Numbered from the stretch's first letter, positions 1-10,381 are shown. The stretch is DNA of 64,000 nucleotides from Marinilabiliales bacterium (GCA_002869385.1 PKTB01000002.1:3264-67263); one strand, 5' to 3'. A program made the numbers and translations. The notes: generated from the sequence alone by a model not told the origin.

Positions 1-1697
1 GATGATGATACAGTATATGTTGGTGTGCTGGATGCATCTTGCCATTCAAAATTAACACCACTTACATTTGGATTAATTACAAATGGATCTCCATTACATA
101 TCAATGTATCGTTTATAAAATCAAATGGTGGTAGAGAATTACTGACGTGAACCATCATTGATAAAGATTATTCAACACAGCTTGCATCTCTTGTAAAATA
201 CATCGTTACAGTATAGTCTCCAGAACTAGTATAAGTATGGAAAACATCGTAACCGGTAGCGGTGTTACCGTCACCAAAATCAAACCAGACTCCTGATATT
301 CCAACGCCATCTGTATAAAAACCAACACCATTGGCTGATTCTTCGCAATTTAAAGTGTCTTGATATACATCGTAAGATATGGAGTCGTTTCCTATTACAA
401 TATTAAAATCAACATTTAATGGCTGTATATTTGCTCCCGCTAGGTAGCCGTAAGACTCAACATCTCCAAATCCGTAAACTGTTGTTAGAACACCTTCGGG
501 GCACGAAACAGTATGAGTTCCTTGTGCAACATTTTGACGATTATAAGAGTAATCAGGATTTGATGGTACCGTTGTCCATCCTGCTATAGTTGAGCCGTCT
601 AAAGTTACATTTCCCGTATAAGGTGTTTCGCAAACAATATTGGTGTAGAATTGATTAATAGCTGGTGTGTTAAAAGCCTGGAAAACAATACTTTCTAAAG
701 TTTGCTCGACAGGAGATAACATAATCATAAATGGGTCAGAAGTTACACCATCGCATGAAGTCCCCCTACTATATTGAGCAACAGAAATAGGACCGTCACC
801 AACAATATAACAACCAACATTAAGGTAAACTTCATGGAAATCACCAGCATTTAATAATATTGGAGCACCTCCATTTATTGTAATATTAGTGTTGTCTTCA
901 CTAGCTAGGATTCTATATTGATCTCCATTTCTTGTCATTAATGGGACTGTGATATACTCTTTTCCCCATGCTTTTAGAGGTATCATTTGTTCGTATAGAT
1001 GGTCGCAATAATCGCAAGTTGTAGGTACCTTAGCACATTTATTTCCTGCAAAAACTGCAAAATTGTTACAGTTCCCAACATCTGTAGCACTGACAGTTGT
1101 TCCTGTAAGGTCCCCAGTACTCTTAACTAAATATACTTCACCTTGGTCAAGTGTAATTGTGAAAGGGACTCCGGCACCTACACCCCCTGAAATAGCTACC
1201 GTCGGAACAATCTCAATACTTGTATTATCTTGAATTCCGACAACTATAAACATTGTTGGCTCAGTTGAAGAAAATAAACTGTATGCATTAATTAAATAAG
1301 AGTCACCGAGAGCATGTGTTGGCATGACAAGTGTCGCATCTGAAGAAGCTGTCCTTTGATTAGCAGAATATGCTGCAATATCATTATTCGAAACAATATG
1401 TATGCCTTTGTTAATAACAGTGTTGCCAATATCAATAGCTACATCTTGTGCCGCAGGGATAGTTACTTGTACCGAACCATTTGGTGCTATTGTGAAGTTT
1501 TCTGACCATCCTGTTCCTGGAATACTAACCGTTCCGGTACTACCTGCTTCGGAAGTTAAATACAACAAAGTATTTGCCGGATCATCAAAGTTCTGCATAT
1601 ATGCAAGCCAAAAATCATTTCCGAGAGTACTGTATTGAGAATAGGCTGATATATAACCTAGTAATACAAATGTAAAAACAATGTATAATTTTTTCAT
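1..1697 (-). pseudogene. Secreted multidomain adhesin, N-terminal part (signal peptide, IgGFc-binding-protein-N-like domain, PKD domain). It continues past the left edge and has one in-frame TAA at complement 168..170.
   Basis: The ORF 168..1697 starts MKKLYIVFTFVLLGYISAYSQ (signal peptide) and has the GNDFWLAYMQNF...LYLTS motif typical of the IgGFc_binding N-terminal domain. The C-terminus reads FDFGDGNTATG...YTVTMY (PKD). Translating the same frame past the TAA gives SLSMMVHVSNSLPPFDFINDTLICNGDPFVINPNVSGVNFEWQD, open to base 1. Confidence 0.7.
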
Positions 1698-1843
1698 ATT
1701 TGGTTGTGGTCACAGATTCCAAAGCAAATATAATAAATATTTTAATATCTTGTATTCTAAATATCTTATTTTTAGTTGTTTAGAATGTGTTTTATTTAAT
1801 CATTTATTTTAGCATTAAACTTGTATATTACTACAAGCTTTTA

Positions 1844-1851
1844 TAATTTTG
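1844..1851 (+). promoter_or_regulatory. Candidate Bacteroidota -7 promoter box (TAATTTTG, consensus TAnnTTTG) immediately upstream of mqnA
   Basis: Exact match to TAnnTTTG, 5 nt before the ATG at 1856. This spacing implies a leaderless or very short leader. Confidence 0.35.
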
Positions 1852-1855
1852 CTAC

Positions 1856-2605
1856 ATGATAAAAATATCAAATGTTGATTATATAAATACTTTGCCTTAT
1901 AAACATGCATTTATAAATTCTGACTTTATAAAGAAGAATGCTGTTGTTAAAGGAGCCCATCCTGCAGGTTGTGTTGATGAACTGTTAAATCATAAAGCAG
2001 ATATTGGTTTAGTTCCTGTTGGTGCATTGGATATGTTAAAGGATATTAAACTTATTCAAGAATATGGAATAATTTCACAGAAAAGTGTTGATTCTGTACT
2101 TCTTCTTTCAGATGTTCCAAAAGAAAACCTTAAACAAGTTTATCTGGATTATCAATCAAGATCATCAAATGGTTTTGTTAGAATTTTATCAGATAAGTTA
2201 TGGAAATTGAATTTTGAATATTTAGTCTCTAAAAAAGGTTATGAAAATAATATTTATGATAAAACCGGTGGCCTGGTTATTGGAGACCGGGCATTGAAAT
2301 TGAGGAATAAGTTTAATTATTGTTATGATATTGCTGAAGAATGGTACAAGTTGACTCAAAAACCTGCTGTTTTTGCTATATGGGTAGCAAACAGTAATGT
2401 AGAAGATGAATTTATCATGAGTTTTAAGACTGTTCTTGAAAATGCTGTGGTGCATAAGAATGAAATTGCTGAAAAATATGCTTCTGAGTATTCGTATTTT
2501 GATTTAAAAGATTATTTGCGGAATAAGATTTGTTATCGTATTGGTAAAAACGAGATAGAAAGCATGAATCTATATAAGAAGTTATTAAAAGAATTATCTG
2601 ATTGA
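1856..2605 (+). CDS. mqnA: Chorismate dehydratase-like protein, futalosine menaquinone pathway (MqnA / VitK2_biosynth family)
   Basis: 249 aa. Starts ISNVDYINTLPY; also has ADIGLVPVGAL, LVIGDRALK and PAVFAIWVAN, all typical of the MqnA periplasmic-binding-like fold. Confidence 0.7.
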   Translation: MIKISNVDYINTLPYKHAFINSDFIKKNAVVKGAHPAGCVDELLNHKADIGLVPVGALDMLKDIKLIQEYGIISQKSVDSVLLLSDVPKENLKQVYLDYQSRSSNGFVRILSDKLWKLNFEYLVSKKGYENNIYDKTGGLVIGDRALKLRNKFNYCYDIAEEWYKLTQKPAVFAIWVANSNVEDEFIMSFKTVLENAVVHKNEIAEKYASEYSYFDLKDYLRNKICYRIGKNEIESMNLYKKLLKELSD

Positions 2606-2698
2606 CAATCTATAATGTGTCTTTATCTTTTGTCATCTTAAATGATTTGTTTTATCTTAGCAGCTTAATAACTAACCAAAATATTACTTTTTAATTAC

Positions 2699-4276
2699 AT
2701 GAAACGAGGATTATTTATTTTATTTGTTTTGAGTTCTGTGGTAATGTTTGCTCAGGATGATCTAAGCTCTTCAGATTGGAAAATGACTCAGGCAAAAATG
2801 TTTTTCGAGGATGGACAAACTGAAAATGCATTAGAGATATATCTTGAACTATATCAGGATTTTCCTACAAATGATTTCTTGAATTTAAGAATAGCAGAAT
2901 GTTATAATGATATTTATGATTATGAAAATGCATATGCGCATCTCAAGAATGCTATTGATAATAACCCTTCCTCTGAATATTTAGACGATATCAATTTCTG
3001 GTTTGGTCGAACTCATCATAAAATGGGAGATTTTGATCTTGCTTATTCTTATTATGAAAAGGTGAAAAAAGGAACTGAACTAATAGATAGTTTATATGTT
3101 CAGAATTTAATGCAACAATGTTTGTCAGGAAAAGAGATTTATGAAAACAAGGGTAATTATTTTTCTGAAAATTGCGGACCTAATGTTAATTCTGAATATA
3201 ATGAGATATTTCCGGTAGTAGCTTTTGGCGAAGATAAACTGTTTTTTACAACAGACCGAAAAGTTAATGAACATCAGGATGGTCATCCTTCAACAGGACT
3301 TTGTGATTATTCTGTTATGGAATCATACATAAAAGAGGGACAGTTTCAAAAAGCAGTAGTTCCAGATCAGGTTTTCTCTAATGGGAAAGATTATATTTTG
3401 ACATCTGTTGGAGCAGGGAATGGAGAGTTTATTCTCTATAAAAATAGCCCCGAATTTGAAGATAACGGAGATTTATATTATCTGTTATTGACAGATGAAT
3501 TTGATGTTTCACAACCGGTAAATATGGGTGAAACTGTTAATTCAATTAAATTTGAAGGAGCGGGAAGTTTGGATTTTATCAATCAGAAGTTCTATTTCTC
3601 ATCAAATAGCAACAATAAAAAGTCAGAAGAAAAGGATATCTTTTACAGTAACAAACGAAATTCAAACTTTTCAAATAGCTTGGTCGTTGATGAATTTAAT
3701 AGTGAGCTCGATGAGGACTTTGTTTATATTCATCCGGGAGGTGATTTTGTTGTTTTTGCATCAAACTCTGGTAAGTCGATGGGTGGATACGATCTTTTTA
3801 TAAGTGTGCTTAAAGATAAGAAATGGAGCGAACCTGTAAATCTTGGATATCCTTTTAACTCAGTTGAAGATGAGAGGCAGTTTTCACTTTCTGTTGACGG
3901 GCAATATGCCTATATTTCATCTGACCGTATAGGAGGATAGGGGAGAATGGATATTTATAAAATGGAATTTGGTACATTTATGCAGGAAAAATTTGGCTTT
4001 CATCCGGGTTTAACTGTTATACAAGGGCAAGTAACAGATGAAAATTATGATGAAGTATCAACAAAAATTTCTATAAGCAATGATTTAAAAGATTGCTATA
4101 ATCAAAAAGTAGATACAGATCTGGAAGGATATTTTTCTGTTGCTGTTAAAACGGGAACAAAATATACAATCGAGATTAAAGAAAGTGCTTACGAAAAGTA
4201 CAGTTTAACTCTTGATTTAACAGATTCTTCCAGATCCAGAGTTAATTTTGATATTGAACTTCAAACAAAAGAATAA
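2699..4276 (+). pseudogene. Secreted TPR plus PD40 (TolB-like beta-propeller repeat) protein with a C-terminal beta-sandwich domain; in-frame TAG at 3938..3940
   Basis: ORFs 2699..3940 and 3947..4276 share a frame. The junction reads SSDRIGG*GRMDIYKM, which recreates the PD40 repeat signature GGxGxxDIY also seen internally (SNSGKSMGGYDLFISV). Signal peptide and TPR-like N-terminus are present. Confidence 0.7.
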
Positions 4277-4302
4277 TTATGTAATACATTGTCAGAGAGT
4301 TC

Positions 4303-4701
4303 ATGACTGATGATTACGAAGCCGTTCTTAATGTTTGGCTACAAACTGATATTGGAGGAGCGCATCGTGGAGATAATTTACAAATAATACAAAATACCAT
4401 TACTAATGGTGGAGTTTTGTTTGTTCTTGAAGAAATAAAAACTAAAACAATTGCCGGAACATCATGGATAACAAATGATCATAGACGGTTATACCTTCAT
4501 CATTTCGGAATTTCACCTTATTTTCAGGGAAAAGGATTAAGCCATCTTTTAATGGAGAAAAGTATGGAGTTTGCCAGAAATTTAAAACTGCAGATAAAAC
4601 TTGAAGTCCATAAAGATAACCTCAAAGCCCGCCAACTTTACGAAAAATATAGCTTTAAATATCTTGGTGATTATGAGGTATTTATTGTTAGGGATATATA
4701 G
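4303..4701 (+). CDS. GNAT family N-acetyltransferase
   Basis: 132 aa with an acetyl-CoA-binding-type motif FQGKGLSHLLM and a GNAT-like length and layout. Confidence 0.65.
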   Translation: MTDDYEAVLNVWLQTDIGGAHRGDNLQIIQNTITNGGVLFVLEEIKTKTIAGTSWITNDHRRLYLHHFGISPYFQGKGLSHLLMEKSMEFARNLKLQIKLEVHKDNLKARQLYEKYSFKYLGDYEVFIVRDI

Positions 4702-4723
4702 AAAAAGCGGAGCTTTTAAATTT

Positions 4724-4764
4724 CAATATTCAATAAGCAATATTCAATAAGACATATTCAAGAG
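4724..4764. repeat. Tandem 14-bp repeat (CAATATTCAATAAG x2 exact plus one degenerate copy), i.e. two AT-rich heptads per unit
   Basis: Bases 4724-4737 and 4738-4751 are identical and 4752-4764 is a decayed third copy. The 7-nt periodicity continues toward the TCAYCNG array. Confidence 0.8.
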
Positions 4765-4815
4765 ACAAGGATAAAGATAACATCAGTATTTAAGTAGAAA
4801 TATTTCTCACATCTA

Positions 4816-4864
4816 TCACCCATCACCCGTCACCGGTCATCGGTCATCGGTCACCTGTCACCTT
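4816..4864. repeat. Heptanucleotide tandem array, 7 units of TCAYCNG
   Basis: Read directly: TCACCCA TCACCCG TCACCGG TCATCGG TCATCGG TCACCTG TCACCTT. Intergenic, between the GNAT and MATE genes. Confidence 0.9.
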
Positions 4865-4906
4865 TTATCGCTAAACTCCCGGCATCTAACATCCGACCAA
4901 AAACCC

Positions 4907-4914
4907 TATATTTG
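4907..4914 (+). promoter_or_regulatory. Candidate -7 promoter box TATATTTG upstream of the MATE gene
   Basis: Exact TAnnTTTG match, 16 nt before the GTG start at 4930. Confidence 0.45.
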
Positions 4915-4929
4915 CAAAAAAATTGAAAA

Positions 4930-6231
4930 GTGAACCGAAGAATTTTAAATCTCGCCATCCCTAATGTGATAAGTAATATCACTGTGCCTTTTGTGGGTAT
5001 TGTTGATATTGCTCTTGTGGGACGTATGGGCTCTTCTGCATTTATCGGAGGAGTAGTATTTGGTTCGATGGTTTTTACTTTGATTTATACAGGACTTGCA
5101 TTTCTTCGGATGGGGACAACCGGACTGACTGCTCAGGCCTACGGGGCATCAGATTATAAAGATGCTGCTAATTCGCTTTTAAGAGCCATGTTTTTTGGAT
5201 TAATTGCTGCTTTTATATTGATAGCTTTACAGATCCCGGTTAAAAATCTTTTGATTTTAAATCTTGATGGCTCAACCGAAGCATTATCGTATGCTGCAGA
5301 TTATTTTAATGTTAGAATATGGGCAGCTCCTGCAACACTCGCTGTATTTGTTTTTATGGGCTGGTTTATAGGAATGCAGAATTCAAAGATACCAATGATA
5401 ATTACTTTGGTAATAAGTTTATCAAATATTATTCTGAGTTCAATTTTTGTGATTGTTTTTGATATGAAGATTGAAGGTGTCGCACTTGGAACTGTATTGT
5501 CTCAATATATTGGATTGATAATTAGTTTAATATTCTTTTTCTGGAAATATAAAAGAGTCATCACCCTTTTTCAGCGCAAGGCGATATTTATTGTGGATAA
5601 ACTAAAGCGTTTTTTTAGTGTTAGTCGAGATATTTTTATCAGATCTTTGTTGCTGACAGGAAGTTTTTTTCTGTTCAATGCAGTATCAGCAGGATTAGGA
5701 GATGATTATTTGGCATTAAACTCTGTAATGCTACAATTTCTTTGGATTTTTGCCTGGGTTACTGATGGCTTTGCCTATGCAGGTGGAACTCTTGCAGGCA
5801 GGTATATCGGAGCTAAGGATCGACCAAGCCTCATTGATGCTGTGAAAAAATCTGTTGTATTTGGCTTTTTACTGGCTTTGGCATTTACATTAGTTTATAT
5901 TTTTGCCAGTAGAGGAATTTTATATCTATTGACAGACAGTCAATCTGTTATTTTGCTGGCTGAAGAATACTATTTTTGGTTATGGATTATTCCAGTAATT
6001 AGCTTTCTTGCTTTTTTATATGATGGTATATATGTTGGTGCAACTGCAACCTCAACAATGAGAAATATTATGCTTGTATCTGTATTGGTAATTTACGTAC
6101 CAGCTTTATTTATCTTTAAGTACTATTGGGGTAATCAGGGAATGTGGCTTGCCATTATTTTCTTACTTGCAACCAGAGGTGTAGGACTTGGATTATTTTT
6201 GAAAAAATCAGTTTATAATAAGGTGATTTAA
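4930..6231 (+). CDS. MATE family efflux transporter (DinF-like)
   Basis: 433 aa, about 12 predicted TM helices, N-terminus ILNLAIPNVISNITVPFVGIVD typical of MatE. Confidence 0.8.
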   Translation: MNRRILNLAIPNVISNITVPFVGIVDIALVGRMGSSAFIGGVVFGSMVFTLIYTGLAFLRMGTTGLTAQAYGASDYKDAANSLLRAMFFGLIAAFILIALQIPVKNLLILNLDGSTEALSYAADYFNVRIWAAPATLAVFVFMGWFIGMQNSKIPMIITLVISLSNIILSSIFVIVFDMKIEGVALGTVLSQYIGLIISLIFFFWKYKRVITLFQRKAIFIVDKLKRFFSVSRDIFIRSLLLTGSFFLFNAVSAGLGDDYLALNSVMLQFLWIFAWVTDGFAYAGGTLAGRYIGAKDRPSLIDAVKKSVVFGFLLALAFTLVYIFASRGILYLLTDSQSVILLAEEYYFWLWIIPVISFLAFLYDGIYVGATATSTMRNIMLVSVLVIYVPALFIFKYYWGNQGMWLAIIFLLATRGVGLGLFLKKSVYNKVI

Positions 6232-6253
6232 TCGCTATTTCAGTAATCTTTGA

Positions 6254-6309
6254 TACCGATTACCGACTACCGATTACCGATTACCGACTACTGATAACCG
6301 ATTACTGAT
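6254..6309. repeat. Heptanucleotide tandem array, 8 units of TACCGAY, with degenerate tails to about 6320
   Basis: Read directly: TACCGAT TACCGAC TACCGAT TACCGAT TACCGAC TACTGAT AACCGAT TACTGAT. It lies between convergent genes. The reverse complement (register GTAATCG) differs by one base from the TCATCGG array (register GTCATCG). Confidence 0.9.
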
Positions 6310-6333
6310 ACAACGATTACATTCAATATCTAA

Positions 6334-7083
6334 TTAATCCGGGCATCCAATATTTTCAAATAAATTTCCAAAATCATTTCCCCATGTGATTATTTGTGGG
6401 CATTCTTCAGAATAAGCTGTAACAGAACCATGTTGAATATCTTCAAGGATTATTTGCTGAGTAGCATTTATATGACTTTTACATAGCGATCTGTGAACAA
6501 TTTGAATAAAATCACATTCTAAATGACTTGCTTTTAAATATCCGCTTCCGATATTATATATATAAGCATAATTACAATCGCCTTTAAGCGTGTAATCTCC
6601 GGTTGTAGCATGACATCTAAAGAATAAACTATCACAATAAATATTTAAATCGGATGTAAATATACCGGCCCAGGTTTGAATTGAAAGATTATCAAATTTT
6701 AATGTGTCATTAGCAGTAGTCTTTAAATCACATGCCTGATTAATTGTAATTTCTTCAATTACAGGTGTTTTAAGTATAATAATTGGCTTAATATCCTTCC
6801 TTAAAAAATCACAACCGTTATTATCTTCTATGATAAGAGTATTATTTACGACTGAATATTCTATGTATGGGATAAGATTTTCTCCGGCAATAATTGTAAT
6901 TGAAGACTCAGAAGAATTTTCTATATAAATCTCCAAATCGCTTTCAATAATAATTTTATTAAAATAATTTATTGGAGTTTCTACCGTTTTTATTTCACCA
7001 TTTGATTTAAAACATCTGTTATCATCGGTGTTGCAGGATGTTAATATGATTATGGTAAAAAGTATGAGAAATATAATCTTCAT
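6334..7083 (-). CDS. Cys-rich lipoprotein, DUF2807 / GIN-domain-like (tentative)
   Basis: Lipobox ILTSC. The layout (F..I.I....eI.I......I.I.a.eNLi.yIe..V.NNTL.I) resembles DUF2807. This is a call from memory of the family pattern only. Confidence 0.45.
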   Translation of the reverse strand: MKIIFLILFTIIILTSCNTDDNRCFKSNGEIKTVETPINYFNKIIIESDLEIYIENSSESSITIIAGENLIPYIEYSVVNNTLIIEDNNGCDFLRKDIKPIIILKTPVIEEITINQACDLKTTANDTLKFDNLSIQTWAGIFTSDLNIYCDSLFFRCHATTGDYTLKGDCNYAYIYNIGSGYLKASHLECDFIQIVHRSLCKSHINATQQIILEDIQHGSVTAYSEECPQIITWGNDFGNLFENIGCPD

Positions 7084-7134
7084 ATCACGAAAAAAAATAT
7101 TTTTGCTAAGATAATATTATTAATACGAGTATCC

Positions 7135-8178
7135 ATGAGTAAAAAGAAAAAAGTATTCCTTATAATTTTTATAGTTATCGCACTAGCAGCAGTAGTGGCA
7201 TTTATTTTTGGAAAGAAATACCGCGATTTTATTTTTGCACCAAATGTAGTTGTTGAGAATGAACCCGCATATATTCATATTCCAAACGGTTCGGATTATG
7301 ATGACCTGTTGTTGATTCTTGAAGAATCGGGTTATATCGAAAATATGGAATCTTTTAAACAGGTAGCTGATTGGAAAAAGTATGGTGAAAAAGTATTGCC
7401 TGGACGATATGAGATACATGATGGTATGTCAAATAATGAGTTGATAAACTTGTTGAGGAGTGGTAAGCAGTCTCCTGTAAAACTTAGTTTTATCAGTGTT
7501 CGTAGTTTGCCGATTCTTGCCGGAAAAGTCGCAGTCTATATTGAGGCAGATTCTACAGAAATTGCCGACCTATTAATGAACCCTGAAACAGCAGCGAAAT
7601 ATGGATTTAATGAGCAAACTTTTCCTGCGATGTTTATCCCGAATACATATGAGTTTTACTGGAATACTTCAGCTGATAAATTTGTAGAAAGAATGGCTCA
7701 GGAATTTAAAAATTTCTGGAATGCAGATAGAATCCAAAAAGCTCAGGATTTAGGAATGTCTCAGTCAGAAGTTAGCACAATGGCATCAATTGTTGAAAAA
7801 GAAACTCAAAAGAATGATGAAAAAGCAAGAATAGCAGGTGTTTATATTAATAGAATTCAAAAGGGCATGCTCTTGCAGGCTGATCCAACAGTTGTTTTTG
7901 CAGTTGGAGATTTTACACTTCAAAGGGTTTTAAAACGTCACCTGCAATACGATTCTCCTTATAATACTTATATTTATGAAGGTTTACCTCCTGGACCAAT
8001 TTGTATCCCATCAACATCATCAATAGATGCTGTATTAAATTATGAAAACCATTCATATTATTACTTCTGTGCAAACTCCGATTTTTCGGGATATCATGTT
8101 TTTGCATCAAGTTTATCACAACATAATGCTAATGCTCGAAAATACCATAATGCATTGAGGCAGGCAGGAATTAGATAA
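7135..8178 (+). CDS. mltG: Endolytic murein transglycosylase MltG (YceG family)
   Basis: N-terminal TM anchor. Motifs ASIVEKET, GVYINRIQKGMLLQADPTV and YNTYIYEGLPPGPICIPS. Confidence 0.85.
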   Translation: MSKKKKVFLIIFIVIALAAVVAFIFGKKYRDFIFAPNVVVENEPAYIHIPNGSDYDDLLLILEESGYIENMESFKQVADWKKYGEKVLPGRYEIHDGMSNNELINLLRSGKQSPVKLSFISVRSLPILAGKVAVYIEADSTEIADLLMNPETAAKYGFNEQTFPAMFIPNTYEFYWNTSADKFVERMAQEFKNFWNADRIQKAQDLGMSQSEVSTMASIVEKETQKNDEKARIAGVYINRIQKGMLLQADPTVVFAVGDFTLQRVLKRHLQYDSPYNTYIYEGLPPGPICIPSTSSIDAVLNYENHSYYYFCANSDFSGYHVFASSLSQHNANARKYHNALRQAGIR

Positions 8179-8250
8179 ATAGAGAAAATCCTTTTATCAA
8201 TAAATCAAAATCAGAGAGAAAAAATAAGCGAGTCATTAACTTGTTACATA

Positions 8251-9297
8251 TCACCCATCATCCGTCATTTTCATCGTTTTAATAAAGTCTTTCAATTTTT
8301 CGATTTGAGAGTTTGTGCCAAGGACGAATAGCTTATCTTTACAGCAAATCATATAATCGGCTGAAGGGTTTAGTACATATTCACCATCAGTTTTACGAAC
8401 ACCAATTATATTTACACCTGAAATATCCCGAATTTGCAATTCGCGAATGGTTTTCTTTTGAAACTCTACGCCTATATTAGTAAAATCAATTTCTTCTAAT
8501 GAAACATCATTTTTTTGTTGAATCATTATATGGTCGAGAAATTCTACAACATCAGGTTGAGCAACAAGTTTTGCCATTCTTTGACCACCAATTTTATCTG
8601 ACATTATAATATTTGTTGCACCAGCTCTACGTAACTTTTTATCAGAATTGTCATCAGAGGCGCGGCTAATAATCTTTAAATCGGGATGCACTTCTTTTGC
8701 AGATAGAACAACGAAGAGGTTATCTGCATCGTTTGGTAGTGTAGTAATAAGGGCTCTGGCTCGTTCAATTTTTGCAGCTTGAAGAACTTCGTCCTGAGTA
8801 GCATCTCCCTGGATAAACATTAAGCGTGGGTCTTCAGTGATTTGTTCAATAAGCTCCTCTTTTTGCTCTATAATAAGTACTTCAAAACCATGATCCATTG
8901 ACTCTCTCGAAGCTTGTTTGCCATTACGGCCATAACCACAAATAATTACGTGTTTGTTTAGGTTTTCGATTCTTTTTTTCACTTTCTTAAGTTTAAAATA
9001 ATTATGAAAAACTCCATCAACCAGATATCTTGTCAGAGTAGATAAAGCGTAAGCAAAAATTCCAAAGCTAAAAATTATTAGAAAGACTGTAAAGATTTTA
9101 CCTGACATAGATAATGGCTGAATCTCTCTAAAACCAACAGTTGAAATTGTTATGATTGTCATGAAAAATGCATCAATAAACTCATATTCCTCAATCAGGA
9201 TATATCCAATAGTTCCGACAATTATCATCAGAACAAGAAAGAAGATAGCCAGAAAGCTGTTATTTCTGAAATTGAATTTATTATTAGACATGGTCAA
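8251..9297 (-). CDS. Potassium-channel-type protein (2-TM pore plus TrkA-N/TrkA-C RCK domains)
   Basis: Pore helix and filter region ITISTVGFREI. Rossmann motif VIICGYGRNGKQ and a C-terminal TrkA-C-like segment. The last 7 codons (KMTDDG) are encoded by heptamer-repeat-like DNA. Confidence 0.75.
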   Translation of the reverse strand: MTMSNNKFNFRNNSFLAIFFLVLMIIVGTIGYILIEEYEFIDAFFMTIITISTVGFREIQPLSMSGKIFTVFLIIFSFGIFAYALSTLTRYLVDGVFHNYFKLKKVKKRIENLNKHVIICGYGRNGKQASRESMDHGFEVLIIEQKEELIEQITEDPRLMFIQGDATQDEVLQAAKIERARALITTLPNDADNLFVVLSAKEVHPDLKIISRASDDNSDKKLRRAGATNIIMSDKIGGQRMAKLVAQPDVVEFLDHIMIQQKNDVSLEEIDFTNIGVEFQKKTIRELQIRDISGVNIIGVRKTDGEYVLNPSADYMICCKDKLFVLGTNSQIEKLKDFIKTMKMTDDG

Positions 9298-9334
9298 TCA
9301 CCTTTATTTGCTAAAATAGTAAATTTAATGGATA

Positions 9335-10000
9335 TTATTTCTTTTTATATTCATTAATTGCTTCTTGTAAAATGTTTTCCGCAAATTCTTTTTCTTCGAA
9401 ACCCATAACTTCAACTTTATTGGGACCTTTATAGTTTTCAAACCATGTTTCAAGGATTACACAGACACCCTTAAATTGAGTATTTAATTCCTTTATTGAG
9501 TTAATTTCATTAAATGGAGAGTCTATTTTAACTGCAATTAGCTTGTCGTCCTGTTCTCCGCGGTCGACCATTTTCATGATTCCGATAAGTTTACATTCTA
9601 TTACTGATCCTTTTTCGGAAGCGTCACCCAGGACAATAACATCCAGAGGGTCACCATCACCTCCGAGTTCTTTTGGTAAATATGTTTGTGGAATCATTCC
9701 GTAATTAGCAGGATATGCTAAGTACTGAACTATTCTGGGTTTCCCATCAATTTCTTCTAAACTAAGGTCTCCAGAAGTTTTATCTACTTCACATTTTTCA
9801 AGAGTACCTGCCGGAATTTCAATTACTACATTTATATTACCGTTTTCGGCGATTGGCTTATAATCATGGAGAAGGTGCTTGTTAACTAATGTTTCATCGA
9901 CTTTTGGTTTTGTATGATCTTTAACATTATATTGACATCCAATGAATAACAATGAAATTGTCAGAAGAAATAAAGAACTTAGTTTTATTGTTTTTGCCAT
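9335..10000 (-). CDS. ppa: Inorganic pyrophosphatase, family I, with a lipoprotein signal
   Basis: Lipobox LFIGC. Motifs VVIEIPAG, YPANYGMIPQT and DGDPLDVIVL. Confidence 0.85.
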   Translation of the reverse strand: MAKTIKLSSLFLLTISLLFIGCQYNVKDHTKPKVDETLVNKHLLHDYKPIAENGNINVVIEIPAGTLEKCEVDKTSGDLSLEEIDGKPRIVQYLAYPANYGMIPQTYLPKELGGDGDPLDVIVLGDASEKGSVIECKLIGIMKMVDRGEQDDKLIAVKIDSPFNEINSIKELNTQFKGVCVILETWFENYKGPNKVEVMGFEEKEFAENILQEAINEYKKK

Positions 10001-10002
10001 TT

Positions 10003-10317
10003 TTATCTTAATTGGAAATACATTAATACAACAAAACCTAGTAACCCGAGTAGCATTAAAATTTTTATCTGATTTTTCTTTTTCTTGATTTCTTCTTCGT
10101 TCATTGGACGAATATTACCGGCAGCAGCTTGTTTTTTCTCCATAGCTTCGCCAATAATTGAGCCTAAAAGAACTCCAGCAATAACGCCTATTCCAATAAA
10201 ACTCATATTGTCAAAAATTATACTAATAGGAATGCCGATGCCAGCGAAACTTGCAAATCCAATTGTTACTCCCAGACTTTTATAGTGTCCTTCATGCTTT
10301 TTGTTGTCTTTTTCCAT
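10003..10317 (-). CDS. Small membrane protein (glycine-zipper-like TM segments)
   Basis: 104 aa with two hydrophobic Gly-rich segments. Directly upstream of ppa on the same strand. Confidence 0.45.
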   Translation of the reverse strand: MEKDNKKHEGHYKSLGVTIGFASFAGIGIPISIIFDNMSFIGIGVIAGVLLGSIIGEAMEKKQAAAGNIRPMNEEEIKKKKNQIKILMLLGLLGFVVLMYFQLR

Positions 10318-10381
10318 TATTTAGTTTTCCACAAATTTAGTTTATATTTTTAAAAATAGTATCTTTACAAAAAAAATATAA

